Made by a program: the position numbers and the translations under genes. This document shows positions 1 to 13,334 of a DNA stretch of 64,000 bases, piece by piece. Position 1 is the first letter of the stretch; each line of letters starts with the position of its first letter. Under the pieces are notes generated by a model. It had not been told where the DNA came from. It searched no databases and saw nothing but the letters and a program-made list of their open reading frames with translations. The stretch spans positions 192,001 through 256,000 of the forward strand of contig CM000434.1 in assembly GCA_000165345.1 (NCBI GenBank), in the 5' to 3' direction.

Positions 1-330
1 AACTAAGTGAATATTAATTAAATTTTTTCAAAATAAAAAAAACAAAAATGTTAAATTAAAAGTCTAATCATTCTAAAATTATTAATTAAAAATTATCTTA
101 AAATAAAAATTTAAGAATCAATCATTTAATATTACTCAATCCTTATTCTTAATGCTTTATCTTCATCATTATCGTTATCATTATCATCATTATTGCTATC
201 ATCATCATCATCATCATCATCACCACCATCATTCTATCTTATTTCTGGAATATAAGAAATAATATTTCTTAAGTAAATATAGGAAATGAAAGAAAATCTC
301 AATAAAAATTTCCTTCTTTTCCTTTTAATC

Positions 331-3303
331 TCAAGAAAAATCATATCCAAATACAGTTCTCTTTGGCTGAGCTGATGATCCTTTACTTTCACACCATTTA
401 ATAAATTCTGGATTACTACCACATGTGTATACATCATTAACATAACAGCATCCACATGATGTTGCTCCATCAGAAAAAGATATTACACCAATTGGATTTG
501 GCCAATATAATGGAGGATAGAAAGTTCCAAGCCAACCAATAACAAAGTAAAATAAGAGTAAAATTCCTGATAAGATTCTAAAAGTCCACAATAATTTCTT
601 TTCACGAAGACTTTTAATACGATTCTTGAAATATATTTTAATTTTGTTCTTTATTGGTATCTTTTCAGTTGGAATACGATCAATCAAAATGGTTAAATCT
701 GTACGCCTTTTTATTCCATTTTCATCTACAATTAAACCAAGACTATCAGTAATTTCTCCTTGGATCTGTTCAATCTTCATTTGTTTAATTAAAGCATTTT
801 TCTTTATACGTTGGTTTTTTCTCCATTGCTCAGCGATTTTGGCATTTCTTTTTTCAATCTTTCTTATTTTCTTCTCCTCAAGTTGACGATTAATCCATTC
901 TTTATCTTGTTTCATAAAAAGTCGAAATAATGGAAGAGCTGCCATTCTATTATATCTATCTAATCTATCCTCAGGAGAACAACCTTTACAAGCTTTCATT
1001 GTAGCGAATGTATAAAGTATACCAACTACAAAACCACCAATATGCGCCCATGGATTTGTTACACCTGTAAATGATAAAATCATACCAATAATAAGCGAAA
1101 ATAAACTAAAAATGAACATAAACATTGGTGCAGGAAGATTATTCCAATTCTCAAAAGTATATGGAATTGAAGCTGCTGTAATTCCAAATAAACCACCAGA
1201 ACTTCCAACAGTTAGTGAACAAGGAGATATTACTGCTACTGCTAGATTACCACCAACACCTGATAAGAAGAATAATAAGAAGAAACGTAAAATGCCCCAA
1301 TCTGGTTCAATCATATATCCTAATTGAGCTTGAGATATTACATTAAATCCAATATGTATAAATCCAGTATGCATCCACATTGCCCAAAACATACGAATCA
1401 TTTCACCTTGTCTTAATTCATTAACAACTAAACCTCCAAGAGCACTTAAAGTTTTTGAACAAGGTCCAAGCATAGAGTTCATACTGAAAGATTCAACATA
1501 TACACCACCACAATTACCATTATCCCATTTATTAAGACGATTGTAAATGAGAGATTGGAAGAAAACACCAACTAGAGCAAATGATGTTGTTAATACAACA
1601 AATATTCTTCCATGTATTGGATTAACCCATTTTCTGAATTTGGAAGCAATTTTTGTTTGAGAAATTGGGTCTAATTCACTAACATGATATGATTTATCAA
1701 CTTTAATAGCATCTAATGGAAGTTCTTTTGCATAAGGTCCAACAGCAATATCAATTTGAGTTTCTTCTCCATAAAGCCATTTAAGATGTCCAGTAAGTCC
1801 ATGTTCATCAAGTTTAAATGTATTACCATGTTCAAGACTGGTCGAACTTTTAAGCTTTTGTTGTTGGTTTTGGATTTCACCCATCTTTACCATTTGTACA
1901 CTAGTTCTACCTACAGCTTTGCCTTCATTTGCAAGTTCTTCATCATAATTAACAACTTGAGATTCCGATACTCTATGATTTGTTGTTGGTATTGTTAATC
2001 CATCTGGTCCTAATAAATTATTATTATTACCTAAAACTATTGGTACACCTAATCCAGAAATGGCTCCTTGATTTCCATTATTTTCATCATTTTCTTCTGG
2101 TTCAATATTTACCATAGCTTCAACAATTGTTTTAAAGCCTTTCTTTTTTGAAATGGACCGTCTTAGGTTATTCATTCCACTGGATTTACTAATATTTCCA
2201 TTGGATGATAATCTTGTTTGAATAGAATTTGGAGCCGGAGCTGGAGCTGGAGCTGGAGCTGGAGTTGGAACAGGAGTTTGAGCTGAAGCTGGAACAGGAA
2301 CTGGTACCGGTACTATAACTGGAGCTGAATTTTTATTGTGTTTTGGGACAATCTTAGTATTTAAAATTGAGTTTCTCGGTCTTGTATCATTCGGATTTGG
2401 AATATCAACAACAACTTTATTCCCAGAAAAGGAATCACCTCTATTCAAGCTATTTTTATGTTGATTACTAAATTGATCATTTCCAATTTTTCTCTCTTGA
2501 ACCTCATCAGAAGGCATAATTACCTCCATTCCATTAATTACTTCGGTACCTCCTAATACAGCCCCTCCTGCTTTGCTATAAAGAGAAGTTGAAGTCCTTT
2601 TTTCTCCTGGTTTATTTGAATGCGGAAATTCACTTTCTGTTAAATCTCTACCTCTTGATTGGAATTTCTTTGGAACATTCTTTCTCTCATCAGAACTGGC
2701 TGGAGGAACACTGAATAATCTTAATTCATCATTGGTTGGATGTCTTCTTTCATTTAAATCTTCATCTTTATTGTAGTCTGGTTGTAATCTTAAAGATTTT
2801 CTTGGAGAAGGTTGAGCTGAATTAACTTCTTTATCTGTTGAAATTTTTTTCACTAAAAGTGGAGTAGGAGTAGCATTACTGGTATTATATTTATTTTCTG
2901 TTGATCCTCCTGGTGTTTGTTTTGCCTTAGTTATTATTGGAAAGGAATTCTTAGTTGAATATTTTGATCCATTTTGATTTTTTGGAGAAACTTTCATTGG
3001 TTTATTCATTCCAAATAAATTATTGGCCTTTGAATCAACACCTAAATTACTTCCACTTAATGATGAATTTCTTTTGAATGATGAAGATCTTTGTGGTGAT
3101 AAAGGAGTTATACTTGATCTTGGAGAAGAACCTGATCCACCACTAAATTTTGGCATTGGAGCACGCGATCCTCCTCCACTAGTACCAGCGCCAAATATAG
3201 GTGATCCTGGTGATGTTGGAGATCCTGATGTACCACCACCTGGGATTGTTTTTACTATGGGTCTTTTTCCTCCATCTTTGAAAACAAAATCGGACATATC
3301 CAT
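331..3303 (-). CDS. Rhomboid-family intramembrane serine protease with a 6+1 TM core at the C-terminus. It is preceded by an ~550-aa Ser/Thr/Pro/Asn-rich low-complexity N-terminal extension.
   Basis: One 990-aa ORF with an ATG start at 3303. The catalytic GxSG motif is present (GSSGGLFG) in a TM helix. A downstream His lies in AHIGGFVVG. Multiple hydrophobic helices are followed by a 7th TM near the C-terminus. A (PA/PV)n tract is encoded by a hexanucleotide repeat. Confidence 0.8.
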   Translation of the reverse strand: MDMSDFVFKDGGKRPIVKTIPGGGTSGSPTSPGSPIFGAGTSGGGSRAPMPKFSGGSGSSPRSSITPLSPQRSSSFKRNSSLSGSNLGVDSKANNLFGMNKPMKVSPKNQNGSKYSTKNSFPIITKAKQTPGGSTENKYNTSNATPTPLLVKKISTDKEVNSAQPSPRKSLRLQPDYNKDEDLNERRHPTNDELRLFSVPPASSDERKNVPKKFQSRGRDLTESEFPHSNKPGEKRTSTSLYSKAGGAVLGGTEVINGMEVIMPSDEVQERKIGNDQFSNQHKNSLNRGDSFSGNKVVVDIPNPNDTRPRNSILNTKIVPKHNKNSAPVIVPVPVPVPASAQTPVPTPAPAPAPAPAPNSIQTRLSSNGNISKSSGMNNLRRSISKKKGFKTIVEAMVNIEPEENDENNGNQGAISGLGVPIVLGNNNNLLGPDGLTIPTTNHRVSESQVVNYDEELANEGKAVGRTSVQMVKMGEIQNQQQKLKSSTSLEHGNTFKLDEHGLTGHLKWLYGEETQIDIAVGPYAKELPLDAIKVDKSYHVSELDPISQTKIASKFRKWVNPIHGRIFVVLTTSFALVGVFFQSLIYNRLNKWDNGNCGGVYVESFSMNSMLGPCSKTLSALGGLVVNELRQGEMIRMFWAMWMHTGFIHIGFNVISQAQLGYMIEPDWGILRFFLLFFLSGVGGNLAVAVISPCSLTVGSSGGLFGITAASIPYTFENWNNLPAPMFMFIFSLFSLIIGMILSFTGVTNPWAHIGGFVVGILYTFATMKACKGCSPEDRLDRYNRMAALPLFRLFMKQDKEWINRQLEEKKIRKIEKRNAKIAEQWRKNQRIKKNALIKQMKIEQIQGEITDSLGLIVDENGIKRRTDLTILIDRIPTEKIPIKNKIKIYFKNRIKSLREKKLLWTFRILSGILLLFYFVIGWLGTFYPPLYWPNPIGVISFSDGATSCGCCYVNDVYTCGSNPEFIKWCESKGSSAQPKRTVFGYDFS
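2231..2312. repeat. (GGAGCT)n / (GGAACAGGA) hexanucleotide microsatellite inside the rhomboid CDS. It encodes a PVPVPAPAPAP tract.
   Basis: Direct reading of ggagctggagctggagctggagctggagttggaacaggag. Confidence 0.8.
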
Positions 3304-4110
3304 TTTATCTTTTCCTAATAATTATATTTTTTTCTTCTTTATTTATATTAATTGGTAGAAAAGGGTTTATTTTTGTGAGAAGGGGATTAATATTATATTA
3401 AAAATTAATCTCAGGGAGTTTGAATAGATACAAAAACTTTTCCCCCAAGTAAATATATTTATATTTTAATATATTCTTTTCAAATTATATTAATCCTTTA
3501 ATTTCTCTTTCTTTCTCGTTATTGCTATTATTTATTATTATCCTCAAATATAAATAAATATTCTTCTTAATAACTATTCGATATTGATTTTGAATGAATT
3601 CTCCTTACAAACTTTTCTTTGTTCACTTCTAATTCGTTAATTCAGTCTGAATCTTCTGTAATATTCAAATGTTAATATTCAATTATTTTCAGTAATTAAA
3701 TCTTATAAATCATTGATTTCTAGCTAGTTATTTTATTCTGTACTCTTCAAACCCAAAAAAAAAACTACTTAACTTGGTCCTAACTTTATTAAATTAAATT
3801 TCCAAATCCTCTAGGTAGCACTATTCAAAAATATTTGTATTTAAAAAAGGAAATTTTCTGATTTACTTGTACATTACATTAAAATATGTAGTCCCCTAAT
3901 CACATATATATATACTTATATTTATCAACTTTTTTTCCTCCTCCTCTTTTTAAAATTATCTGTTTAATATTGGTTACACTTTCACAATTATAAGAAGATT
4001 AAGGAAAAAAAAACCAATAAATTACTGTAAACCCATTTATTGACTTTTTTACCCCCACCCTGCATTCCTGCTTCACTTACACACAAAAAGTCTTTAATAG
4101 ACGGATGAAT

Positions 4111-4122
4111 TTTGGCGGGAAA
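4111..4122. promoter_or_regulatory. E2F-type box TTTGGCGGGAAA, upstream of the rhomboid gene.
   Basis: It matches the canonical E2F consensus TTTSSCGC. It is a GC island in AT-rich spacer. (T)GCATGC lies 15 nt downstream. Confidence 0.45.
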
Positions 4123-4386
4123 TCCGCAATTTTTTTGCATGCTACAAAAAGGCGGGTTGTGGGGGAGGAATAATGAAAATTTAAAAAAAATAAAGAAAAA
4201 AAAATTGGAAGATCGATAAGTAACTTCTTATTTGCATTGATATATTTATGATATGACTGTTATTAAAAAAGATATTTAGTAAATATAAAGAGTAGGAAAA
4301 ACTAATATTCTAATCTTTCTTATCATAATTAATCAAATAATTTACTTTGTGACTTTCACCCAGAAATTTTTTGAGATTATAAAGAA

Positions 4387-4399
4387 TTTCCCGCCAAAA
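4387..4399. promoter_or_regulatory. E2F-type box TTTCCCGCCAAAA.
   Basis: Same motif class in inverted orientation. Confidence 0.4.
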
Positions 4400-4439
4400 A
4401 TGGGAATACAGTTATAATAGAAAAATAATAGTGGAATAG

Positions 4440-4655
4440 TTAATTATGAACATTATTATTTGATGAGATACTATTAGATTGTTGAGAAGTTAAGATTCTG
4501 GAGTTATTTTCTTGGGAGCTTATATTGAGATTAGTTTGGATGGAATTTAAATCTTCGTTTTCTTGTAGTTGTTTTGCTTTGTTTTTAATTCTCTCTTTTA
4601 AATCATTAATATCTTGAATTTTTAGTTCAATCAGAGTTCCTGGTCGAGTAAGCAT
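4440..4655 (-). CDS. Small hypothetical coiled-coil/Asn-Ser-rich protein (71 aa). It may be an exon of a larger gene.
   Basis: It is an ORF only. It has its own upstream region (4656-5260) with TGGCGCC-type boxes at ~5036 and ~5118. No homology is recognised. Confidence 0.2.
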   Translation of the reverse strand: MLTRPGTLIELKIQDINDLKERIKNKAKQLQENEDLNSIQTNLNISSQENNSRILTSQQSNSISSNNNVHN

Positions 4656-5261
4656 ATTTAGATTTTTTGAAATTGGTTACTTTGTTTCTTTTCTTTTTTT
4701 TAATTTGCGTTATTTGTGATGTACGATCTACCCCTTTTTTAGCTTAGTTAATAATATCAATAAGATTTTTTTTAGATTAGAAAGCTTACTCAAAGTGGTT
4801 TATATTGATTTAATTTAATCCAATTATACTTTATTAAATAGATTTTGATTGAATAGTGATTTTAATGGAATCTACTCGAAGAAATTAATACTTGGAGTTT
4901 AAAGCTAAAAATAACCAGAAACCTGCTTACTTAATTACTTATTTTTCTAATAATTCTTTATAAATTGTTTTCAAAATCTTTATTCTATGCAATTCAATTC
5001 CTTTTTTAAAAGAAAATATAATATTCTAACTAAAATTGGCGCCAAATTTTATTAACCCCAAGTTAATTTTTTTCTCTTTCATGGGAATGATTATTTTTAA
5101 ATGCTAATTGAATGAAGTGGCGCCTACCCCACGTATTAAAAACGCCAATTAGAATTTGCCTGAATTAAATAGAAAAAAAAATTATTTCAGTAGAATAATT
5201 AAAATTCTAGAGAAAAATGCTATTGGATATGAATATTAGAACGAAATGCTAAATCTAATGT

Positions 5262-6038
5262 TTAATGTCTATCACCTAAAGCATTTCTAATCCTATTTCT
5301 GCTCTCTTCGTTTGAGTTTGTTGTAGTAGGTATGTTAGAAACAGGAGCTGGATGATTATTAACTCCGAGTGTAATAACGCCTTTAGAGTCAATAGAAATA
5401 GAGAGACTCTCTGGTGTTTGGCCTGACAAAGCGATATTAATCATTTCAGGGTTGATTGAGGTGTTCTTAAGATTCAATAATTCGGATTGAGTTGTAATTT
5501 GTTGTCCTTGGTTTTGTATTGAATTCAAATTTGTGGATACTAACACATTTCCTGGGGTTGAATTGTTTGGTATTGTATTATCTAATCCATTACCAACTAC
5601 GTTTCCATTCATGGTACCATTATTAGAATTTGTAATTTCTGTAATCTGTGCTTGTTGAGGAGTTACAGGATTTGAATGTTGAGTATTAAAATAGTTTGTT
5701 CCACATTGACATGACGGAAATTGTTGTTGCATTGGACATGTACAGCAAGAACAAAACATATTACCTTGATTCATCATTCCTGTTCCTGTTCTTCTTGAGA
5801 AATCGCAAATACAACAATGTTGAAGTCTTTGGCAGAACAAACATCCTGAAATGTTTGACTGGTTATCAAAGTAGTAATTCTGATTATTATTTAATGATGA
5901 TGGTGTCATACAACCGCATCCTTGCTGTTGTATCATCCTCATCATTCTACTATTTGAACTTTGAGGTAATACTGGCAATAATCTATCTTGTTTTCCGCAT
6001 TGGCATGTAATTTGATTTGCATTATTTGAATATGACAT
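5262..6038 (-). CDS. Hypothetical cysteine-cluster protein (258 aa). The N-terminal half carries CxC/CC/CxxC clusters, which may bind metal or Zn. The C-terminal half is Asn/Thr/Ser-rich.
   Basis: ATG start at 6038 verified. About 20 Cys sit in the first 120 aa (CQCG, GCGC, CLFC, HCCIC, CSCCTC, CQCG). There is no signal peptide and no recognised family. Confidence 0.45.
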   Translation of the reverse strand: MSYSNNANQITCQCGKQDRLLPVLPQSSNSRMMRMIQQQGCGCMTPSSLNNNQNYYFDNQSNISGCLFCQRLQHCCICDFSRRTGTGMMNQGNMFCSCCTCPMQQQFPSCQCGTNYFNTQHSNPVTPQQAQITEITNSNNGTMNGNVVGNGLDNTIPNNSTPGNVLVSTNLNSIQNQGQQITTQSELLNLKNTSINPEMINIALSGQTPESLSISIDSKGVITLGVNNHPAPVSNIPTTTNSNEESRNRIRNALGDRH

Positions 6039-6446
6039 TTTGCTTTTATTTAAAACAAATATTATACTTGAAGTTATAATTTGGCTCTAATGTTTTTTTT
6101 CTTTTTGAACTTTATTATTTTTATCACCTTAGCTCTATTAACTTTGTCCAAATCCTTTTTTTTTACTTATTTTCGAGCACGAGCTTTGCAAATTTCTTTA
6201 TAAGATTTTCATATTTCCCCTCTTTTCCCACTAAATTGTTTACTTAAAAATATACGAATATATATATGTATATATTTACGCCATCTCTTTATTTATTAAG
6301 AGTTCAAACTTAACTTAATCGGCCTCAACTATTTCATAACAATTCTAATCTTTCAAAATCCGACTTAAAACCATTCTTTTACCTTTTGTAAATCTTCGCC
6401 ATTTATTTCTGACTAGTCCTCTTTTACTTAATTATAATTAACTCAA

Positions 6447-6457
6447 TTTTCCCGCCC
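6447..6457. promoter_or_regulatory. E2F-type box TTTTCCCGCCC, upstream of the Cys-rich gene. A second copy, TTTCCCGCCAA, lies at ~6563-6573.
   Basis: Direct reading. Confidence 0.4.
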
Positions 6458-6785
6458 AAACATGCCTACTTTATTTCGAGTAAATGGTTTGTTACATGCA
6501 ATCTATTTAATCTTTTTTCTTTCTTTTTTTTGCTAATTAAGAAAATCAATCACTTGTAAATATTTCCCGCCAATTATTCCCACAACAATCCAACAAAGTA
6601 TAAATGAATCAGAGATGTCATCATATGACATTTTGATCAGTTAGAATTGAAATAAAATGACTAGAAAAACTGCAATTACTTTAATTACAGTAATTTATAA
6701 CAATTCAGTTTAAAATCTTAAAAGAAGTCCATATATAGAAACAATAAATCCTAATTTCAAGTATATAATTAATATAATAGTATTT

Positions 6786-8901
<2,116 letters not shown>

Positions 8902-9479
8902 CTTTGTTTTGATTACATTGAATTAAAACCTTTTATTGGTGTTTTGAAACTAATTAAAATTAATTCTTCTTTCCATTCATGAATTATTCAATCCTTATTT
9001 ATAGCCAATACTTTTACTTAATTTAAAAGAATACACCAAATGTGATATTATTCAGCAACCTTTAAAAAATATAATTTTATTAATAATATAATTTTAAATT
9101 TAATACTTTTCTCTGTGTGTGTAATTTATCCTATTATCAACTCCTTTTCCCATGTTCAATTTAGATTAATATTTATTTCAATATTAAACAGCAGGTAATA
9201 GGTACCATTTCAGCCCGCCAAAACATGCCCCACTTATTTCCAATATTATTATCAATGCTGTATAAGTAATATAAATAATATAATAAGAATAAATATAAAT
9301 ATGATCCATGTAATAATATATTAGATAAATTAAAATTTATCTATAATTTACCATTATTTTAGTTAAATTAATAATTTATTAGAATTTGTGAAGGATAATA
9401 AATATTAATCCATCGAAATAAGCTTTATGTTTTAATTACAATTATCCAGAATTAAGGTTTAATAAAGAATTCATGCTCA

Positions 9480-10930
9480 ATGTTGTCTTGCCATATTATT
9501 AATGGCATAATATTAATTGGTTTATTATTTTTTTTAAGATTTGATAATATAAGTTCACAAATTGCAGATTTTCGTCTGCCTGAAACTCGCTTATGCACCA
9601 ATCCATATACGTAAGTTTGACGTAATTTTCTTTAAAAAAAATAACTTTATTTGATTATTTGTTTATATTTTAAAAATGAATTTCTAGTTTTGGATTTGCA
9701 ATAGAACAAGATACTGATATTCAATTAATAGATGATGATATTTGGCCTTTAAATCAAGTCTTCTCTGCCGGTGGTAGTATTTCTGACAATGGATTCCAAA
9801 TATTGTTTGCAACCGCAAAAAAAAATTCTTATGAATTGATCATTTCAGTTTATCCATTGCTCACTACAGTAGTAAGAGAATGTACTTATGAAGGAAAAGT
9901 TGTAAGAAGGCTTAAATCCGTAGTAGAACATTCCCCAAGATTTGAAAAATGGCCATTCTTTGATAAGTGGGTTATTAGCTTTCAAAGACAAGAATATGGA
10001 ATTTCAATTTCTTTTAACCAAGGTTATACTGAATCTTTATTTTGGAAAAGATGTCTAAATGAACCAATAGTCAGCGTTAAGGTAGAATCAAAAGATGCCT
10101 ATCTTTCAGCTGACCAAGTTGATTGTATCGTATCAGAATGGAGTTCTTGGTCCCAATGTAGTTCAAGTTGTCAGATAGGTACTAGATCAAGAACTAGATT
10201 AATATTAAGACCAGCTTCTTTTGAAGGTACCACATGTCCAAACTTGATAGAAAATGAAGGATGTAACACTAGCATATCTTGTGAAGATTGTGCCTATTCT
10301 TCTTGGTCTCCTTGGAGTGAGTGTAGTGTTACTTGCCAAGGTGGATTTCGTTCTCGAACTAGAAAGCTGATTTGGAAATCTGACATTAAAGGGAGATGTG
10401 AAGATAATGAATCAGATATAGAATCTTGTAATGAACAAAGTTGTCCAGTAAATTGTAGACTCTCAAGCTGGACTTCATGGAGTATATGCTCTTCTACTTG
10501 TGGTCCAGGTAATAAGATGAGATATAGAATTATTTTAGCTCAATCAGATCTTGGTGGAGTACAGTGTCCGACAGAAAAGGAAATTACTGAGCGTGCTTCA
10601 TGTCAACTTCAAGAATGCGAAAAATCTTGTTCAACTGGAGAAATTTGCAAAAATGGTGGGACTTGTATTGATATCCCTAATAGCGGTTTTTCTTGTGAAT
10701 GTGCTGAAGATTATTTTGGTAAATTTTGTGAACACAAGAAATATAGCTGGTGGGTTTATTTTGTTTTTTGCATTGCTACACAAATTATTATTGGAGCAAT
10801 TGTAAAGAGTACATTCCTTTCAAGACCTGCACCAATTACTGAAACGCCAGTTACTTACAACCAAGAATATGCTTTCAATGATTATCCGACAGCATTTGAT
10901 CAAAATACTGACATTTCTGGTGTTTTTTAA
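9480..10930 (+). CDS. TSP1-EGF-TM surface adhesin B, in two exons: join(9480..9610, 9688..10930). The order is signal peptide, ~140-aa N-terminal domain, 4 thrombospondin type-1 repeats, EGF-like domain, TM and a ~35-aa cytoplasmic tail.
   Basis: The ORF-track 'M' at 9803 is a TTG. The frame stays open back to 9688, preceded by a tttctag acceptor. A GTAAGT donor lies at 9611. The upstream exon ATG 9480 encodes MLSCHIINGIILIGLLFFL..., which is signal-peptide-like. Splice phase is consistent (131+1243=1374 nt). The TSP1 motifs are WSSWSQCSSSCQIG, WSPWSECSVTCQGG, WTSWSICSSTCGPG plus one more. An EGF (CSTGEICKNGGTC...CECAEDYFGKFCE) is followed by a TM. Confidence 0.65.
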
Positions 10931-11273
10931 TATATACAATGATCAAACTCTTCCAACCCTAATTTTTTAACAATTAATAAATCAATTTATATATACATAT
11001 ATATACAATATAAATATAAGTAATCAATTTTAATTTTTTTTTTGTAAATGTTTTTCTTTGCATGACTTTTTGTGTGCAATTTCCATAATATTAATTTTTA
11101 TGTGGTCAGGCGCCACTGAATGCCGGTATAGGACAAATAACTAATAAATATAATGAAATTATTAAAGTGAAAATAATAAAAAATTTGATTTATAAAAACC
11201 CCAAAAAAATCCCACAAATTAGCAAATAAAAGTTTAATAATACAATATAAATATTAATTTAAAAAAATCAAGT

Positions 11274-12688
11274 TTGGAACACAAACCTAATATGTATATT
11301 AGAAGTGAATCAGAAGAAGAATTAAAGCATGGGGAAGAAATTGATGAAGTTGGTTGTTTATTAATATTTGATGAAACATATAAATCAGTTATTGATTCCT
11401 TTCCATTGAATGAAGGAAAGAATTATGTATGTGGATCAACAAGATCAGTTTTTGAACCAATTAATGAAAAATCTAAAAAGAGAGCAAAGAATACAAAATT
11501 CAAGGGTAATAGTAAAATTAATAATGAAGATTATCATGCAATAATATATGTTGAACATGGTGAATTTTTTGTTGAAGATAATAACACTGATATTGGTACA
11601 TTCCGAAAAAATTTGAAATATAAAATTCAACCAAATTGTAAATATGAATTAATTCCAGGGGAGGATTTATATTTTGGTAATTTAAAAACTAAATTAATAA
11701 GGTATGATTCTATGGATTCAATTGAGACACCAAGATGGAAAAGGCATAGTATTGAAAATAATGATAATAATCATCATCAAATACAGTTAGAGAATATTGA
11801 AGAAAGTCCAAAAACTAATCATATAGAAGATATTGATTTAAATAAAAGTAAAAAGAAATCTTTAGGAAATGAGTCAACATCAACATTAAATGATGATATT
11901 GAAAATGATTCTTTACTTTCAAATAGGCCAAAAAGGAAATCTCCTAAATGTATTAAAGATGAAAAGATGAATAACTTACCATTGTTAAAAAGTAACAATA
12001 CAGATAAAGTAATATTATTATGGACTGGATGTACCCCAACAAGTAAAGATATGGAGTTAATTAAGAGAGCAAATATAACTTCAATAGATTCTGAAGATCT
12101 TGAATTTATGTCTGATCAAGTTACACACGTAGTATCATCTTCAATAAAGAGAACATTGAAATTTTTATGGGCAATATCAAAAGGTCTTCCCATAATATCT
12201 CCATCTACATTAAGAAATATATTAAATTCGAATAGAAATAAAGATTTAAGCTATAATGAATTTAATGATTTATGTATGAATCAATTACTTTCTGATTTGG
12301 AAGGTGAAAAGAAGTTTGGTTTTTCTCTTAAGAACTCTATTTGTAAAGCACAAAATAATATTCCAATATTCAATAATTATAAGTTTGTTATTTCCCCAAA
12401 TATAAAAGTTCCTTCCATTAGTGAAATCTCATGGTTATTAAAGTCAAGTAATGCTGAAATTATTCAATTTGAAAAAGCTAATAAAATTCAAGACAAATCT
12501 AATTTAATATTTATCGGTACTGTATTGGATTCTAATAAATTATTTAAGTAAGTTTAATTTAATAAATAAATTTATATTTTATTTTAATTTTAAATTTTAG
12601 GAACCAAAAAATTTATTCAATTGATTTTATTTTTGACTCCATAATTAAACAAGAAATTGACATTAGTAAAAATATTATCAAAATATAA
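11274..12688 (+). CDS. FHA domain plus tandem BRCT domain protein, a DNA-damage-response mediator resembling NBS1/MDC1. Two exons: join(11274..12547, 12601..12688).
   Basis: N-terminal FHA signature (GSTRSV...N.TDIGTF...L..GD...FG). BRCT-1 runs VILLWTG...KFLWAISKGLPI. BRCT-2 is completed only after a 53-nt GTAAGT...ttttag intron, which supplies the conserved BRCT end motif (IDFIFDSI). Frame arithmetic is consistent with the ORF stop at 12551. Confidence 0.6.
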
Positions 12689-12856
12689 TAAAAACTATAC
12701 CTTTATTATTTTGTTGACTATTTATAATATTTACCACTTAAATTCAAATGAATTGTCATATTTTTCTTCTTACATGCATACATGCCTACATACCTACATG
12801 TATTTTGTCATTTTTCTACTTTTTTTCAAGAAATTTTCCATTTACATATTACCTCT

Positions 12857-12867
12857 TTTCCCGCCAC
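12857..12867. promoter_or_regulatory. E2F-type box TTTTCCCGCCA, ~470 nt upstream of the secreted-protein gene at 13335. (GCAT)n lies ~60 nt further on.
   Basis: Direct reading. Confidence 0.35.
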
Positions 12868-13064
12868 CCCCATACCGGTATACACATAATTATTAATTTG
12901 TTTTTAATGTGGATGAAATTAATATGCATGCATGCATGTAAAATGTTGAAAATGACGTGTATATATACATACAATAAAAATGTGTAGATAAATATTTTTT
13001 CTTCTAAAGCATTGAATAACTATAATAATAATATTTGAATATATAAATATATATATTTAAATAT

Positions 13065-13096
<32 letters not shown>

Positions 13097-13334
13097 ATAT
13101 ATATTTATTTACTTATATTAATATATAAAAAGTCAACAATAATTAATTTGAAAATAGGATTATATTGAAAGAAAAAACAAAGATAATAATAATAAGAAAG
13201 TAAAAAGAGAAATTTAATCAGTATTTGCTCTTGTTAATATTAAATTTAGTACAATTTTAAAAAAAAAGGTATATATTTTTAAAAAAATACATTTATATTG
13301 ATTAAAAGTACAATTTTCAAATAACAAAAAGAAA

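Noticed and set aside
2200-2320. Tandem direct repeats here, and at 7778-7846, 16199-16291 and 59690-59995, considered as CRISPR-like arrays.
   Set aside because: They are perfect di-, tri- or hexanucleotide or coding tandem repeats without spacers, in a eukaryotic genome. They are microsatellites or repeat-protein coding sequence.
626-3358. Plus-strand ORFs 626-886, 1112-1327, 1756-1998 and 3023-3358 opposite the rhomboid gene.
   Set aside because: They are short, lie antisense to a well-supported 990-aa CDS, have no homology, and sit partly in a low-complexity region.
5262-6038. Assignment of the Cys-rich protein to the tesmin/LIN54 CXC family, which would have been interesting next to E2F boxes.
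   Set aside because: The Cys spacing does not match the CxCx4Cx3YCxC pattern of CXC domains. No YC/FC core is present.
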